Source: Nemertoderma westbladi (lineage: Eukaryota > Animalia > Xenacoelomorpha). Taken from it: a DNA stretch of 64,000 bases. The stretch is from positions 9,293 through 73,292 of the forward strand of contig JAUCBJ010007485.1 in assembly GCA_032718475.1 (NCBI GenBank), written 5' to 3'. Below, piece by piece: positions 29,226-43,025 of the stretch. The position numbers and the translations under genes were made by a program. The notes under the pieces are model-generated. The model was not told where the DNA came from, made no database searches, and was given only the letters and a program-made list of their open reading frames with translations. The number at the start of each line of letters is the position of its first letter. The stretch's first letter is position 1.

Positions 29226-31783
29226 GTAAGTAGGGGTGTACGAGTATGTAGCCAATAGGAAGGGAGTATGTAGGGGGTGTGTATGCAGCCAATAGGAAGG
29301 GAGTAAGTAGGGGGTGTGTATGCAGCCAATAGGAAGGGAGTAAGTAGGGGGTGTACGAGTATGTAGCCAATAGGAAGGGAGTATGTAGGGGGTGTGTATG
29401 CAGCCAATAGGAAGGGAGTAAGTAGGGGGTGTGTATGCAGGCAATAGGAAGGGAGTAAGTAGGGGGTGTGTATGCAGCCAATAGGAAGGGAGTAAGTAGG
29501 GGGTGTGTATGCAGCCAATAGGAAGGGAGTAAGTAGGGGGTGTGTATGTAGCCAATAGGAAGGGAGTAAGTAGGGGTGTACGAGTATGTAGCCAATAGGA
29601 AAGGAGTAAGTAGGGGGTGTATGTAGCGAATAGGAAGGGAGTAAGTAGGGGGTGTACGAGTATGTAGCCAATAGGAAAGGAGTAAGTAGGGGGTGTGTAT
29701 GCAGCCAATAGGAAGGGAGTAAGTAGGGGGTGTACGAGTATGTAGCCAATAGGAAGGGAGTATGTAGGGGGTGTGTATGCAGCCAATAGGAAGGGAGTAA
29801 GTAGGGGGTGTGTATGCAGCCAATAGGAAGGGAGTAAGTAGGGGGTGTACGAGTATGTAGCCAATAGGAAGGGAGTATGTAGGGGGTGTGTATGCAGCCA
29901 ATAGGAAGGGAGTATGTAGGGGGTGTACGAGTATGTAGCCAATAGGAAGGGAGTAAGTAGGGGGTGTGTATGCAGGCAATAGGAAGGGAGTAAGTAGGGG
30001 GTGTGTATGCAGCCAATAGGAAGGGAGTAAGTAGGGGGTGTGTATGCAGCAAATAGGAAGGGAGTAAGTAGGGGGTGTGTATGCAGCCAATAGGAAGGGA
30101 GTAAGTAGGGGTGTACGAGTATGTAGCCAATAGGAAAGGAGTAAGTAGGGGGTGTATGTAGCGAATAGGAAGGGAGTAAGTAGGGGGTGTACGAGTATGT
30201 AGCCAATAGGAAAGGAGTAAGTAGGGGGTGTGTATGCAGCCAATAGGAAGGGAGTAAGTAGGGGGTGTACGAGTATGTAGCCAATAGGAAGGGAGTATGT
30301 AGGGGGTGTGTATGCAGCCAATAGGAAGGGAGTAAGTAGGGGGTGTGTATGCAGGCAATAGGAAGGGAGTAAGTATGGGGTGTGTATGCAGCCAATAGGA
30401 AGGGAGTAAGTAGGGGGTGTGTATGCAGCCAATAGGAAGGGAGTAAGTAGGGGTGTACGAGTATGTAGCCAATAGGAAGGGAGTAAGTAGGGGTGTACGA
30501 GTATGTAGCCAATAGGAAGGGAGTAAGTATGGGGTGTGTATGCAGCCAATAGGAAGGGAGTAAGTAGGGGGTGTGTATGCAGGCAATAGGAAGGGAGTAA
30601 GTATGGGGTGTGTATGCAGCCAATAGGAAGGGAGTAAGTATGGGGTGTGTATGCAGCCAATAGGAAGGGAGTAAGTATGGGGTGTGTATGCAGCCAATAG
30701 GAAGGGAGTAAGTATGGGGTGTGTATGCAGCCAATAGGAAGGGAGTAAGTAGGGGGTGTGTATGCAGCCAATAGGAAGGGAGTAAGTAGGGGTGTATGTA
30801 GCCAATAGGAATGGAGTAAGTGGGGGTGTGTATGCATCCAATGGGAAGGGAGTGTGTATGCAGCCAAAGGGAAAGGAGTAAGTAGGGGGTGTAAGTAGCC
30901 AATAGGATGGGAGTAAGTAGGGGGTGTAAGTAGCCAACAGGAAGGGAGTAAGTAGTGGGTGTATGTAGCGAATAGAAGGGAGTGTGTATGCAGCCAAAGG
31001 CAAGGAAGTAAGTAGCGGGTGTAAGTAGCCAATGGGAAGGAAGTAAGTAGCGGGTGTAAGTAGCCAATAGGAAGGGAGTAAGTAGGGGGTGTATGTAGCG
31101 AATAGGAAGGGAGTAAGTAGTGGGTGTGTAGCGAATAGGAAGAGAGTAAGTAGGGGGTGTAGGCAGCCAATAGGAAGGGAGTAAGTAGGGGGTGTGTGTA
31201 TGCAGCCAATAGGAATGGAGTAAGTAGGGGTGTAGGCAGCCACTAGGAATGGAGTAAGTGGGGGTGTATGTAGCGAATAGAAGGGAGTGTGTATAAGAGT
31301 GTGTAGAAGGCAGCCAAAGGCAAGGAAGTAAGTAGCGGGTGTAAGTAGCCAATAGGAAGGAAGTAAGTAGCGGGTGTAAGTAGCCAATAGGAAGGGAGTA
31401 AGTAGGGGGTGTAAGTAGCCAATAGGAAGGGAGTAAGTAGTGGGTGTATGTAGCGAATAGAAGGGAGTGTGTATGCAGCCAAAGGGAAGGGAGTAAGTAG
31501 GGGGTGTATGTAGCGAATAGGAAGGGAGTAAGTAGGGGGTGTAGGCAGCCAATAGGAAGGGAGTAAGTAGGGGGTGTGTGTATGCAGCCAATAGGAATGG
31601 AGTAAGTAGGGGTGTAGGCAGCCAATAGGAAGGGAGTAAGTGGGGGGGGGGGGGGGGTGTAAGTAGCCAATAGGATGGGAATAAGTAGGACGGGGTGTAT
31701 ACAGCTAATAGGAATGGAGTAAGTGGGGGTGTGTATGCATCCAATGGGAAGGGAGTAAAGTAAGTAGGGGGTGTAAGTAACCA
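29208..31783. repeat. About 37-43-bp G-rich tandem array (GCAGCCAATAGGAAGGGA-GTAAGTAGGGGGTGTGTAT), about 65 units, first unit overlapping exon E
   Basis: Units are homogeneous near the exon and degenerate distally. The minus-strand ORFs at 29085-31784 are artefacts. Confidence 0.95.
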
Positions 31784-31926
31784 AGTGTATGCAGTTGTTG
31801 AGTAAAATTACGTATTACGTGAAACACAAATGATTTTTTTCCATTATGGACCACTTGATGTGTAATTAACATAGCTCGAGATCAGCGCTCAAAAACATCA
31901 TCGTTATCAATTATTTCAATTTTCAG

Positions 31927-32127
31927 GATGAAAACTCCATCACGATCGGTTACCGCAGACCAAAGAATTCCGCAGTAGAAAAGGAACAATTAATGTCGCA
32001 TTCAAGTAATGAGCATTCTAGAAAACGTAACATTGACAACAATGTATCTGAGAGAGCTCAGGTTGAGACTGAGTTTACTGGGTTGACCGAAGAGGATACT
32101 ATGGGGACCGCGCCGAAATCAGACTGA
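31927..32127 (+). CDS. GPCR terminal exon F (distal C-tail, Ser/Thr-rich)
   Basis: atttttcag|GAT; phase-0 open frame DENSITIGYRRPKNSAVEKEQ...TMGTAPKSD*; candidate AATAAA at 32635-32640. No conserved motif, so supported only by the splice signal, phase and open frame. Confidence 0.65.
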   Translation, partial: DENSITIGYRRPKNSAVEKEQLMSHSSNEHSRKRNIDNNVSERAQVETEFTGLTEEDTMGTAPKSD

Positions 32128-32849
32128 CTGTAGTTGAAACTAGAGTAACCGAAGTGGCAGACAACCCAATAATAATACATTCCAGTGACATATGGGAGCG
32201 CGAAATCAATTGATTAACTATTCCATTCAGCCGCATCTAACATACCTACAACATTTAAAATATTATAAAATTATTTTAGGACGAACGTGGTATATTATTA
32301 AGTTGACATCGTCCAGGCGTAGCCCAACGGGGTCTATGAAGGAAGACTCACAATGTACAGAAGGGAGAGTCTCTGGTGTTTTTGAACCGCTGGCATGAAA
32401 GAAATATAAATAGAAAAACCAGCAGAATAGAAAGTGAGACTCCTCTTATTTGAAAATTAAATGAAACAATAATTGAAAGTGGAGTTGATTTGTCTCGTAA
32501 TTATGTAGGCCTATATGGTCTGCTATTTAGGAGAACTCGATCTAAAACGAAATGATCCACCACGGTGGGTTGAATTTTGTTAATGTACCGGTTCATTGAT
32601 TGTTATCAGTTTGTTATTTCTGTTGTGTTAGTGTAATAAAGCACTTTATTTCATGCTGTATAATATACCACTTTGCAAGTATAAATTAATATTTCGTTAT
32701 TTAAATCCACACTGTCGTTGGAAATTAAAGATACTCCTGTTACAAATTGTATCAAATCCTATTATTATAAAATTTTAGAAATCTCACCTACAATATTACA
32801 CTTAAAATCTCGAAAGTTTTAATTCATTTACACCAATAATTTTACACAT

Positions 32850-32985
32850 TACAATTTTGGAATAACATACCCATCGTTTAGCTTGTACTTTACCGTATTC
32901 TGATCCTCGTGTTTTTATTTTCCCTCACTCACTACTTTCGGAACAAACCACTCTGATTAGCACACTGTAAAGTGTTACTTTACAC
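32850..32985. repeat. Dispersed repeat (second copy at about 49730-49880) ending in a GTAAAGTG..CTTTAC hairpin
   Basis: Shared blocks TTACAATTTTG, TGATCCTCGTG, TTTATTTTC.CTCACTCACTA and CACACTGTAAAGTG..CTTTACAC. Confidence 0.7.
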
Positions 32986-33043
32986 TGTCCGACAGTATTT
33001 AATTATTATCTAACAGATCAAATGAGTGTCTCTACATTGTAAT

Positions 33044-34643
33044 AAGGGATGTCCCGGAATTCGGTTCCGGCCGGAATTCCGGCGGTTTTTGCCCGATTCC
33101 GGTTCCGGCCGGAATTGCCGGAATGGGGTCAATTCCGGCCGGAATTTTACCGGAATTGCCAGGTTCCTAACTAGTTTGATAGTTGAACATTTTGCACGTT
33201 GACACGCAGTGCTTTGCAGTTGCACGTTTGATATGTAACACATTTCCAAAAAAATTCACCTGGTAATCAAACTAAAATGGTCCCACCATCTGTTACACCA
33301 CCTACTGTAGTATTCATATACAATTCACAATAACCATCGTAATTTACATTAACTAATGAAATGCAGCAATAGGCCCGTGCCCCACTGGTCAGAATGTCAA
33401 AATGAATGCCTCATTGCTCCATAGGTAACACGAGTCTTAAGTCATTTGATAAAAAAATATAAGATGCGTCTCACATTTACTGCATATTTATAACCAAAGT
33501 AACCAATCACAGGCATCTTGGCGGATATAACACATGATTCATATGTCAAAAGATGGAACATGGGACATAATCACTTTCGACTCATCGGTCGTAACTTACG
33601 ATTTACCAGTGGAGACGCTCCCATTGAAACCAACGTGTTCCATAATTTATTCTGACTAAGACTTTATAAGACTTACCAGTGGAGCACGGGCCTTAAATAA
33701 TGGTTTTTCCAATTTGCTTATTACAATCTGCTTATAAAATGACGTTTTTTACATTGATCTTACAATATTTTGCATTGATTTTTACAATATTTTACATTGA
33801 TTTTATATTATTTTAATTTGAATTAATTATTTAATAATATGATAATATTATGATTGGTATTGTCCAACGTAACATATAGGATGACCCCTAAAGATTGACA
33901 GCTTATTTCCATGGGGATCCTTTATGTTACTTGGTGACAAATATAATATTACACAATTACAATAAATTACTACTCTAACCTAAAACTAATATAAAACGTT
34001 ATTACAATACGTACAGGTCCTGCGAGTGGTCGTTAGTTCAGTCCTGCGTCGAAGGTGCTGCATAATATAGTAGTTTAATTTCTATTTACAGCAAATCCAT
34101 TTCTTACCATAAATTTATTTATTCCCAGCAATAATTAAACTGTAACATGTACTAGTGGCCTCGTTTATTGTTTTGGTTCGAATAACATGTCACTGTAACA
34201 TGCTCCTTTCCCTTAAAGACACCAGGATATTGCACCAAATGACCTAATGACGCGAAACCATAAGTTTTTGTTTAACGTAGGTTTTTAGGAGTCTAAATGC
34301 TAATAACCTAACTTTTGGCCAAAGTTAACGATTTTAGAAAATTTTTTTATTGAATTCCCTGTCGTTCAATGCCGAAGTACCATCCCCCGTCCCATTACGG
34401 CCCAGGCCATTCTACACTCCACCCACTTTAATTCCCCCCAAGGTTCTGATTCCTCTCATTATCAAACTTAGCTTTAGAAATTAACAAAATTCATTTGTTT
34501 CACAAAAATTGTAAAGTTTCTTGGGTCATTTAGTGTATTTCACTAATTATAGAAAATTCCTGTTCCGGCCGGAATATTCCGGCATGTTGAATTTCGGTTC
34601 CGATTCCGGCCGGAATCAAAATATCGATTCCGGGACATCCCTA
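33044..34643. mobile_element. Non-autonomous hAT-type DNA transposon, 1.6 kb
   Basis: TIR AGGGATGTCCCGGAAT / ATTCCGGGACATCCCT (Ac-like termini), perfect 8-bp TSD ATTGTAAT (33036-33043 and 34644-34651), and subterminal CCGGAAT repeats at both ends. Confidence 0.9.
33856..34005 (-). mobile_element. Diverged fragment of the same CR1/L2-type 3' UTR as at about 713-848, nested in the hAT MITE
   Basis: The reverse complement matches GTAACATAAAGGA..CCC.TGGAAATAAGCTG...TTTAGGGGT.ATCCTATATGTTA.GTTGGACAATACC. Confidence 0.75.
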
Positions 34644-35677
34644 ATTGTAATAAACATAAATATTAAACCCAAATTAATCTTCCAAACTAATTTCCTAATT
34701 ATATTTTAATTAACATAAATCCATATACGGTAAAGTAAATCCATATAAAATATTAATATTTTTAATTCAATTTAAATACAAAAAATAGAGATAGAAATAC
34801 TTTCCCTCACAAATCTATTGAAAGAAAGTCTTTATCTCACTTGTTTCCATGGCAACTAATAAAATAAAAAACAACAGTGAGATAAAGTACTACTTTCTCT
34901 CACTGTCAGAGCAAAATACTGTCAGAATAAACTTTTGAGATAAATACCAAACACTCTATACAGATTGGATTTCCAACATTGCTTTTCAAACCCGATCTAA
35001 TTTGGGTAAATTAAATAGGATTTTAAGATTTGTCCAAAAATATAATTCAGAAATAAAAAGGCCACCAAATAATCGAAATTAACTCCCATCAATAGAAATA
35101 ATATTATATAACGATATTGAATTAATATAATTATTATCTGTAATATATATAATATATAATATTATCTGCAACTTCGATATATTTATCCATTATATTCTAA
35201 TTAATTGTGGGTTTTCTAATCTTCTATACATCTACAATCACAAAGGTAAATTATATTACAATAAACACAGACGAAGATTATCAATATTTATGCACAAAAA
35301 TAATAATATCAATATATTATTAACTAACTAATAACCCTGAATAATTAACCATTAGCACGGGATTGTTGATCTGCACTCGTGAGGGCGGCTGATTTTTATA
35401 AACATGTACAACATTTTCGAAAAACCAAAATACAAATTTTACAAACCAGGTCATTATTTATTAAAAGTAACCGATACCGCAGTTATCAAATACAAAATTG
35501 TGCATTTTCCAAGAAGAGTTATTTAAGTCATTTTATGAAAATACATTGTTTAAATCACAAAACACCTCATAACGTACAAACCTCGCTACTGACTGATCAC
35601 CCATTGAAGACTTATGAGTTATTGGTGTAAAAAATGATTTTGTTGACGAATTAATGAGTGGTTAGGCCTATTACAAA

Positions 35678-36474
35678 AAGGGTTGTTTGATTTAAATCAT
35701 TTGATTTATATAATTGATTTAAATCATGATTGATTTTGGAATCTATAATTGGTTATTTTTTAATTATGAATTTTATCAACCATGCTTTAATGCCAGGTGG
35801 ATATATTGCATTACTTTATTTACATGAAAATACAGTACCTTGTCGCATTTCCAATACCATATAGTATACACAGGCCCATTAATTAAGTTGTAGCTTGTAG
35901 TCCTATTCATTGTGTTGTTTATTTGGTTTATATTCGAATATTTAAGAAGGTGCATTGTAGTGTTTATACGGGATCAGTAGCATTGTAGTGTTTATACGGG
36001 ATCAGTAGCATTGTAGTGTTTATACGGGATCAGTAGCATTGTAGTGTTTATACGGGATCAGACTTTTCCGGATCGACCCGGGATTATCACTCTCGGGATC
36101 CCGTTTTTCGGGATTGCAATTTTGGATTAAATTCCTTAAAGTTCATAGTACCGGTATATGTGGGGGGTTTTGGGTAACACTCTGCTTTATCTTACACTTC
36201 TGAAATAAAGATAAAGTTGTATTAAAATTATTTGGAATTGATTACCATGGTTACTGGATTGTTTAATGACATAAAAATTATTTAAAATCAAAAGATTTTC
36301 GTTCTGCTAAAACTATTTTTTAGATATTCACTTAACTATATTATATAATTCGGGATACCGTTCCAAAAAAGGGATTCCGTTTAAACATTAGTGCATCGAT
36401 AAAGCCAGTAGCCTTCTCAATGTTTTCATATAAAATCTGATTTAAATAAATAAGTCTGATTTTTATCAACCCTG
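35678..36474. mobile_element. hAT-type MITE, about 0.8 kb, containing a 28-bp x4 minisatellite (35952-36061)
   Basis: Termini AAGGGTTG / CAACCCTG, subterminal GATTTAAAT repeats, and 8-bp TSD ATTACAAA/ATTACTAA (7/8). Confidence 0.65.
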
Positions 36475-37336
36475 ATTACTAATCATGGCCACTCACTGTT
36501 CAGGGGTGTCAGTTGCAAATGGTAAAAACAGAGTAATACAATTTATATCCAACGGTAGGTCCTACGGTCCTACGTATGAAGAATTTATTATACTGATCAC
36601 CATGGCAAAACGAATATAAACAAATTCAATTGTCGAAAATTACAGGATAAAACAAAACTTCGGAAATGTGCCCCGGTTACCTTAGCAACAATCAATTTAA
36701 AAATACTTATTAATTAGTATTGTATTAGTAATTATCGCCATGGCATGTAAGTTCTACGTTATAGGTACAGTACAGCACTATACATAAAGGTTTAGATTAC
36801 ACAACCCCCGCGGTAGATTGTATAACCTACCCAAAACAATAAACATAAGTAAGTTAACGCGTGGTATAAGATTATGTAGGTTAGTAAAGGGTTAAAAATC
36901 ATGTTAAATACTAATGGTTGATGGCTTTGAATTGAGGGTCCTTTATAAAGGATTTATAAAAAAGCATTTATTATTCTAACCAAAACAATAAACGAAATTC
37001 AACATAACAATTATATTTTTTCAGAACGTATTTATTTCTGGTGATAAAAACATAAAATTTTAGTGATAATTCATATATTTTAATGGGGGAATAATATATA
37101 TATTTCATTGAAAACTCGAATCTTTTCGTGCCCAATAAAGTGGATATTAATTAACGGCAGAACATAGAGAGTCGGACTCATTAAAAAAAGTTTTTACTCT
37201 ACCGGTACCGGTTTAGAAAACAAGCAAGAACTTTTTTAAAGTTAGATCTTATAGATAAGATCTTATAAGATCTTATAATTTTCCGTTTCAGTTTTCATTA
37301 GCAATTCCAAAACATTGGAAATTGCGAAGATTGAAG

Positions 37337-38327
37337 GTGGGGCGAGCCACAAACGTAAGCGAGATTAGCATACAGGTACCACTAACGCAATCGGTGTGTC
37401 TGTCGTTCTGTCCTGGTACACATGTAGTCTGGCAAAAGTTTAGAAATTTTCCAAGTTGAAATTGCATGTGGCCTTCGAGAAGCTAAGATAATAGCAGTTA
37501 ATTAAGTTGATTATCATTTTCAACATGACTTTTAATGGAAATTAATTATTTTATAGTATAAGATATAATTAATTATACTTTAAAATTTTACAGCTGTAAT
37601 CCCCATACCCCATTCCATTATAGTTTTTCATTAGTTCAAGAGATTTGCTTTAAGAAATGTGTTTTTAATTATCTAAACGTAATTAAGTTTTAAAAAATGC
37701 CCTCGTCACTCTATACCTCCCTCATTCCTTGGCATACTTGCTATTATTGCCTATTAGTTGGGAACCAGTCCAATCATATCACCACTTCTTGGCAACGGGT
37801 AATTACATCTGTAGGGGGGCATACGCAGGTACTACTAGTGTAAGGTGCCAGCCTAAAAACCAGCTTGTTTTATCTCGCAAAATGATTGCCTGGTAGTATT
37901 TAATCGTGATTCCTTAGAATAATTTTATAAATAATTTATTGGAGGTTTTGACATGATAAATTAATATTTAAGTATCAATACTATCGGCATAAGGTAAGTT
38001 TTAATAATTTTTACAAATTGAGGTTCCTCAACACCTAAAAATAAAATATATTACTTAAGTACCTTTAAAACCCAAATTTCCTGTTAATACAGTACCTCTG
38101 CCTATCAATCATTAATCCTCTGTGCTCCTTTGGGTTGTTTGGGTGGTGCAGATTAAAAGGGCGGTTGAAGGGAGAAGGGAACTTTCCTCTCTTCTTTGAT
38201 TTATTCTTATTGGCGATTTGGTTAATTTTCTTATTTATTTATTTAAATTTCTTAAATACCGATTGATTTTGGGATAGAATTGCTCAATAAATGAGCCTTG
38301 TGCTGCGCGAAGGCCCCACGAACGTGT
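37337..38327 (+). mobile_element. HINE/DINE-1-like dispersed repeat, copy 3
   Basis: Begins GTGGGGCGAGCCACAAACGTAAGCGAG and ends GCGCGAAGGCCCCACGAACGTGT; collinear with copy 2. Confidence 0.7.
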
Positions 38328-38682
38328 AATGAGGATATGAGGATATAAGATTATAAGATATAAGGTCAAGAGGTTGTAGAGAATACTTTATTCCAAGATA
38401 TTTCGATTAATTATGTAAATGTTTGTGGAAATTTAATGGATGGTGGATAAAATTTGGAGGAGAATATAAATAGATGCACAATCACATCACGATCTAGAAT
38501 CTAGGGTAAACGAAAAATATATAAAAAAAATTTAAAGTAATTAAAAAATCAGCAGAAGAAAATAAGTTCCCAATACGGAAGAATATATAAAATTAATAAT
38601 AAAGGCTATACCAGAGCACTACAAACACAACCCTTCTAGTGCAATGGTAAATACGCACCATTAAACTATAAATAGCCCCATA

Positions 38683-41600
38683 CCAGCCGATATCCGCTAC
38701 CTACAGGCCAATATTCCAGCTGATATCAGATAACTACAGGCCAATATTCCAGCTGATATCAGATAACTACAGGCCAATATTCCAGCTGATATCAGATAAC
38801 TACAGGCCAATATTCCAGCTGATATCCGCTAACTACAGGCCAATATTCCAGCTGATATCCGCTATCTCCAGGCCAATATTCCAGCTGATATCCGCTAACT
38901 CCAGGCCAATATTCCATCTGATATCCGATAACTCCAGGCCAATATTCCAGCTGATATCCGCTAACTCCAGGCCAATATTCCAGCTGATATCAGATAACTC
39001 CAGGCCAATATTCTAGCTGATATCAGATAACTACAGGCCAATATTCCAGCTGATATCCGCTAACTCCAGGCCAATATTCCAGCTGATATCAAATAACTAA
39101 AGGCCAATATTCTAGCTGATATCCGCTAACTACAGGCCAATATTCCAGTTTATATCCGTTAACTCCAGGCCAATATTCCAGCTGATATCCGCTAACTCCA
39201 TGCCAATATTCCAGCTGATATCCGCTAACTCCAGGCCAATATTCTAGCTGATATCAGATAACTACAGGCCAATATTCCAGCTGATATCCGCTAACTCCAG
39301 GCCAATATTCTAGCTGATATCAGATAACTACAGGCCAATATTCCAGCTGATAACCGCTAACTCCATGCCAATATTGCAGCTGATATCCGCTAACTCCAGG
39401 CCAATATTCTAGCTGATATCAGATAACTACAGGCCAATATTCCAGCTGATATCAGATAACTAAAGGCCAATATTCTAGCTGATATCGGCTAACTACAGGC
39501 CAATATTCCAGCTGATATCCGCTAACTCCAGGCCAATATTCTAGCTGATATCAGATAACTACAGGCCAATATTCCAGCTGATATTCGCTAACTCCATGCC
39601 AATATACCAGCTGATATCCGCTAACTCCAGGCCAATATTCTAGCTGATATCAGATAAGTACAGGCCAATATTCCAGCTGATATCAGATAACTAAAGGCCA
39701 ATATTCTAGCTGATATCCGCTAACTACAGGCCAATATTCCAGCTGATATCCGCTAACTCCAGGCCAATATTCCAGCTGATATCAGATAACTAAAGGCCAA
39801 TATTCCAGCTGATATCCGCTAACTCCATGCCAATATTCCAGCTGATATCCGCTAACTCCAGACCAATATTATAGCTGATATCAGATAACTACAGGCCAAT
39901 ATTCCAGCTGATATCCGCTAACTCCAGGCCAATATTCTAGCTGATATCAGATAACTACAGGCCAATATTCCAGCTGATAACCGCTAACTCCATGCCAATA
40001 TTGCAGCTGATATCCGCTAACTCCATGCCAATATTCCAGCTGATATCCGCTAACTCCAGGCCAATATTCTAGCTGATATCAGATAACTACAGGCCAATAT
40101 TCCAGCTGATATCCGCTAACGCCAGGCCAATATTCCATCTGATATCCGCTAACTAAAGGCCAATATTCTAGCTGATATCAGATAACTACAGGCCAATATT
40201 GCAGCTGATATCCGCTAACTCCAGGCCAATATTCTAGCTGATATCAGATAACTACAGGCCAATATTCCAGCTGATATCAGATAACTAAAGGCCAATATTC
40301 TAGCTGATATCCGCTATTCCAGCTGATATCCGCTAACTCCAGGCCAATATTCCAGCTGATATCCGCTAACTCCAGGCCAATATTCTAGCTGATATCAGAT
40401 AACTACAGGCCAATATTCCAGCTGATATCCGCTAACTCCATGCCAATATACCAGCTGATATCCGCTAACTCCAGGCCAATATTCTAGCTGATATCAGATA
40501 ACTACAGGCCAATATTCCAGCTGATATCATCAGATAACTAAAGGCCAATATTCTAGCTGATATCCGCTAACTACAGGCCAATATTCCAGCTGATATCCGC
40601 TAAGTCCAGGCCAATATTCCAGCTGATATCAGATAACTAAAGGCCAATATTATAGCTGATGTCCGCTAACTACAGGCCAATATTCCAGCTGATATCCGCT
40701 AACTCCAGGCCCAATATTCCAGCTGATATCCGCTAACTCCATGCCAATATTCCAGCTGATATCCGCTAACTCCAGGCCAATATTCTAGCTGATATCAGAT
40801 AACTACAGGCCAATATTCCAGCTGATATCAGATAACTAAAGGCCAATATTCTAGATGATATCCGCTAACTACAGGCCAATATTCCAGCTGATATCCGCTA
40901 ACTCCAGGCCAATATTCGGGCTGATATCAGATAACTAAAGGCCAATATTCTAGCTGATATCCGCTAACTACAGGCCAATATTCCAGCTGATATCCGCTAA
41001 CTACAGGCCAATATTCCAGCTGATATCAGATAACTAAAGACCAATATTCTAGCTGATAACCGTTAACTACAGGCCAATATTCCAGTTTATATCCGCTAAC
41101 TCCAGGCCAATATTCCAGCTGATATCCGCTAACTACAGGCCAATATTCCAGCTGATATTCGCTAACTACAGGCAAATATTCCAGGTGATATCCGCTAACT
41201 AAAGGCCAATATTCTAGCTGATATCAGATAACTACAGGCCAATATTCCAGCTGATATCATCAGATAACTAAAGGCCAATATTCTAGCTGATATCCGCTAA
41301 CTACAGGCCAATATTCCAGCTGATATCCGCTAAGTCCAGGCCAATATTCCAGCTGATATCAGATAACTAAAGGCCAATATTATAGCTGATGTCCGCTAAC
41401 TACAGGCCAATATTCCAGCTGATATCCGCTAACTCCAGGCCAATATTCCAGCTGATATCCGCTAACTCCATGCCAATATTCCAGCTGATATCCGCTAACT
41501 CCAGGCCAATATTCTAGCTGATATCAGATAACTACAGGCCAATATTCCAGCTGATATCAGATAACTAAAGGCCAATATTCTAGATGATATCCGCTAACTA

Positions 41601-43008
41601 CAGGCCAATATTCCAGCTGATATCCGCTAACTCCAGGCCAATATTCGGGCTGATATCAGATAACTAAAGGCCAATATTCTAGCTGATATCCGCTAACTAC
41701 AGGCCAATATTCCAGCTGATATCCGCTAACGCCAGGCCAATATTCCATCTGATATCCGCTAACTAAAGGCCAATATTCTAGCTGATATCCGCTACCTACA
41801 GGCCAATATTCTAGCTGATATCCACTAACTCCATGCCAATATTCCAGCTGATATTCGCTAACTCCAGGCCAATATTCTAGCTGATATCAGATAACTACAG
41901 GCCAATATTCCAGCTGATATCCGCTAACTAAAGGCCAATATTCCAGCTGATATCCGCTAACTACAGGCCAATATTCCAGATGATATCCGTTAACTGCAGG
42001 CCAATATTCCATCTGATATCCGCTAACTAAAGGCCAATATTCTAGCTGATATCAGATAAGTACAGGCCAATATTCCAGGTGATATCCGCTAACTCCAGGC
42101 CAATATTCCATCTGATATCCGCTAACTAAAGGCTAATATTCTAGCTGATATCCGTTAACTACAGGCCAATATTCTAGCTGATATCCGCTAACTAAAGGCC
42201 AATATTCCAGCTGATATCCGATAACTCCAGGCCAATATTCCAGCTGATATCCGATAACTCCAGGCCAATATTCCAGCTGATATCCGTTAACTACAGGCCA
42301 ATATTCCAGCTGATATCCGCTAACTCCAGGCCAATATTCCAGCTGATATCTGCTAACTAAAGGCAAATATTCTAGCTGATATCAGATAACTCCAGGCCAA
42401 TATTCCAGCTGATATCCGCTAACTCTAGGCCAATATTCCATCTGATATCCGCTAACTAAAGGCCAATATTCTAGCTGATATCCGCTAACTCCATGCCAAT
42501 ATTCTAGCTGATATCCGCTAACTCCAGGCCAATATTCCAGCTGATATCCGCTGACTACAGGCCAATATTCCAGCTGATATCCGCTAACTCCAGGCCAATA
42601 TTCCAGCTGATATCCGCTAACTAAAGGCCAATATTCTAGCTGATATCCGTTAACTACAGGCCAATATTCCAGTTTATATCCGCTAACTCCAGGCCAATAT
42701 TCCAGCTGATATCCGCTAACTACAGGCCAATATTCCAGCTCATATCCGCTAACTCCAGGCCAATATTCTAGCTGATATCAGATAACTACAGGCCAATATT
42801 CCAGCTGATATCCGCTAACTAAAGGCCAATATTCCAGCTGATATCCGCTAACTACAGGCCAATATTCCAGCTGATATCCGTTAACTGCAGGCCAATATTC
42901 CAGCTGATATCAGCTAACTACCGACCAATATTCCAGCAAATATCAAGAAAACTACAGGCCAATATTCCAGCTGATATCAGATAACTAAAGGCCAATATTC
43001 CAGCTGAT
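38683..43008. repeat. 33-bp satellite (AGGCCAATATTCCAGCTGATATCCGCTAACTAC), about 4.3 kb and about 130 units
   Basis: Directly visible; ends 17 bp from the stop codon of the TGN38-family CDS. Confidence 0.97.
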
Positions 43009-43025
43009 CCTGATATATACTCTCA

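Noticed and set aside
29085-31784. Three overlapping minus-strand ORFs of 686-899 aa
   Set aside because: The C-rich strand of the array lacks stop codons in all frames; there is no protein signal.
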